In this document: positions 40,110 to 40,732 of the stretch, in pieces
How the letters are laid out: every line of letters starts with the position of its first letter
How positions within the stretch are numbered: the stretch's first letter is position 1
From: a bacterium
Lineage (GTDB): Bacteria > Patescibacteriota > Minisyncoccia > Minisyncoccales > PEYH01
DNA: 40,732 nt
Direction of reading: 5' to 3'
Assembly: GCA_021158195.1 (NCBI GenBank)
Contig: JAGGVA010000023.1
Span: 1 to 40,732 of the forward strand
Position numbers and translations under genes: made by a program
Notes under the pieces: model-generated
The model's database searches: none
The model's input: only the letters and a program-made list of their open reading frames with translations
What the model was told of the DNA's origin: nothing

Positions 40110-40214
40110 TCATCTAAATAGAGGGGCTAAGAGGAAACCTATCATTGAGAGTGCAACTATAGAGACGAGGAAAATCCAGAGAAATTTAATTATTTTGTCA
40201 CTCTTTTTACTCAT
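40110..40214 (-). CDS. Possible 34-aa single-TM small protein
   Basis: Hand translation of the minus strand gives MSKKSDKIIKFLWIFLVSIVALSMIGFLLAPLFR*. No SD seen. Below the ORF-track length cutoff. Confidence 0.3.
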   Translation of the reverse strand: MSKKSDKIIKFLWIFLVSIVALSMIGFLLAPLFR

Positions 40215-40220
40215 ATATTT

Positions 40221-40535
40221 ATGTTAAGAAAGAAGAAAAATAAAAAACCTGGAAAGTTTTTTGAGCAATTTTTAAAATTGTCTTTAACGCTTGTTTTATT
40301 AATTATAATCTATTTTTTGGTTGAAGGGAATATAAAACTTTATCATAAGAACCAGGAGGTAAATAATCGTTACAAAGAATTTAAGGCAGAATTGGAAGAG
40401 GTAGAAAAAAAGAACGAAGAACTTAATAAATTATTTTATCAAGCATCGCAACAGGAATATATAGAGAAGGTGATAAGAGAAAAAGGACTTTACAAAAAAC
40501 CCGGAGAAGAAGTGGTGGTAATAGAAGAAGAATAA
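40221..40535 (+). CDS. Septum-formation-initiator-like (FtsB/DivIC-type) bitopic coiled-coil protein
   Basis: Basic N-terminus, one TM (LSLTLVLLIIIYFLV), coiled coil (NNRYKEFKAELEEVEKKNEELNKL), then YIEKVIREKGLYKKPGE, typical of the family. Confidence 0.55.
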   Translation: MLRKKKNKKPGKFFEQFLKLSLTLVLLIIIYFLVEGNIKLYHKNQEVNNRYKEFKAELEEVEKKNEELNKLFYQASQQEYIEKVIREKGLYKKPGEEVVVIEEE

Positions 40536-40541
40536 ATTTGT

Positions 40542-40612
40542 GCGGGATTAGTTGAGTGGCCCAACGCGACCTTCCCAAGGTCGAAACGCGGGTTCGATTC
40601 CCGTATCCCGCT
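40542..40612 (+). tRNA. tRNA-Gly (anticodon CCC), CCA not encoded
   Basis: Hand-folded cloverleaf. Acceptor GCGGGAT/ATCCCGC, D stem GTTG/CAAC, anticodon stem CGACC/GGTCG with loop TTCCCAA, T arm GCGGG-TTCGATT-CCCGT, discriminator T. Confidence 0.85.
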
Positions 40613-40638
40613 CAAAATTGTATAGGAAACCCTTATAG

Positions 40639-40675
40639 AATGTAACGAGAACTGTTCTCGTTACATTGATTTTAT
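40639..40675 (+). terminator. Long hairpin downstream of tRNA-Gly
   Basis: aatgtaacgagaa-ctg-ttctcgttacatt (40639-40667), followed by gatttta. Confidence 0.5.
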
Positions 40676-40732
40676 GAAATTAATCAAAAATGTGCCATTT
40701 TTGAAATTTAGGTCCAGAAAGATAGATTTATC

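Noticed and set aside
1-40732. Alternative genetic code (UGA recoding, as in some candidate phyla)
   Set aside because: Long conserved genes read through without in-frame TGA. Several well-defined genes end at TGA at the expected C-terminus, such as lepA and the peptidase at 2168-2170. The standard code 11 fits.

Overview
AT-rich, gene-dense bacterial chromosome segment using the standard genetic code (TGA acts as a stop). By inference the gene content looks like Patescibacteria/CPR: small housekeeping set, lysine-rich protein tails, an O-antigen-ligase/TPR protein and a secreted peptidase with a peptidoglycan-binding domain. Layout: (i) 0.4-11.8 kb, a secreted gluzincin-like peptidase followed by a Wzx/Wzy-type surface-glycan cluster (flippase, nucleotidyltransferase, CDP-alcohol phosphatidyltransferase, three GT4 glycosyltransferases, priming phosphoglycosyl transferase, O-antigen-ligase-like/TPR protein). 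(ii) 11.8-13.2 kb, a small accessory patch: a zinc-ribbon ORF, a promoter-to-terminator sRNA candidate, and a PaaX-like gene bracketed by two copies of a 40-nt palindrome. (iii) 13.2-20.5 kb, a 1814-aa membrane-anchored alpha-2-macroglobulin-family protein with no thioester motif and a 129-aa Hint (intein-like) domain at the bait-region position, followed by a MEMO-like/CapA fusion protein. (iv) 20.7-40.6 kb, housekeeping genes (murB, hpf, secA, secDF, pgk, DHH/RecJ-like, rnhA, RNase P RNA, murJ, lepA, FtsB-like, tRNA-Gly). These are interrupted by a RelE/ParE toxin-antitoxin cassette bracketed by repeats, an HTH protein plus membrane protein plus TraD/VirD4-like ATPase module, and an orphan gene. 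The most unusual signals are the Hint domain in the A2M bait position with a non-nucleophilic +1 residue, the 40-nt palindrome family (4 copies), and two small cassettes flanked by hairpin repeats. No CRISPR array, rRNA, transposase or integrase is visible. All family assignments come from motif recognition by eye, not database searches.
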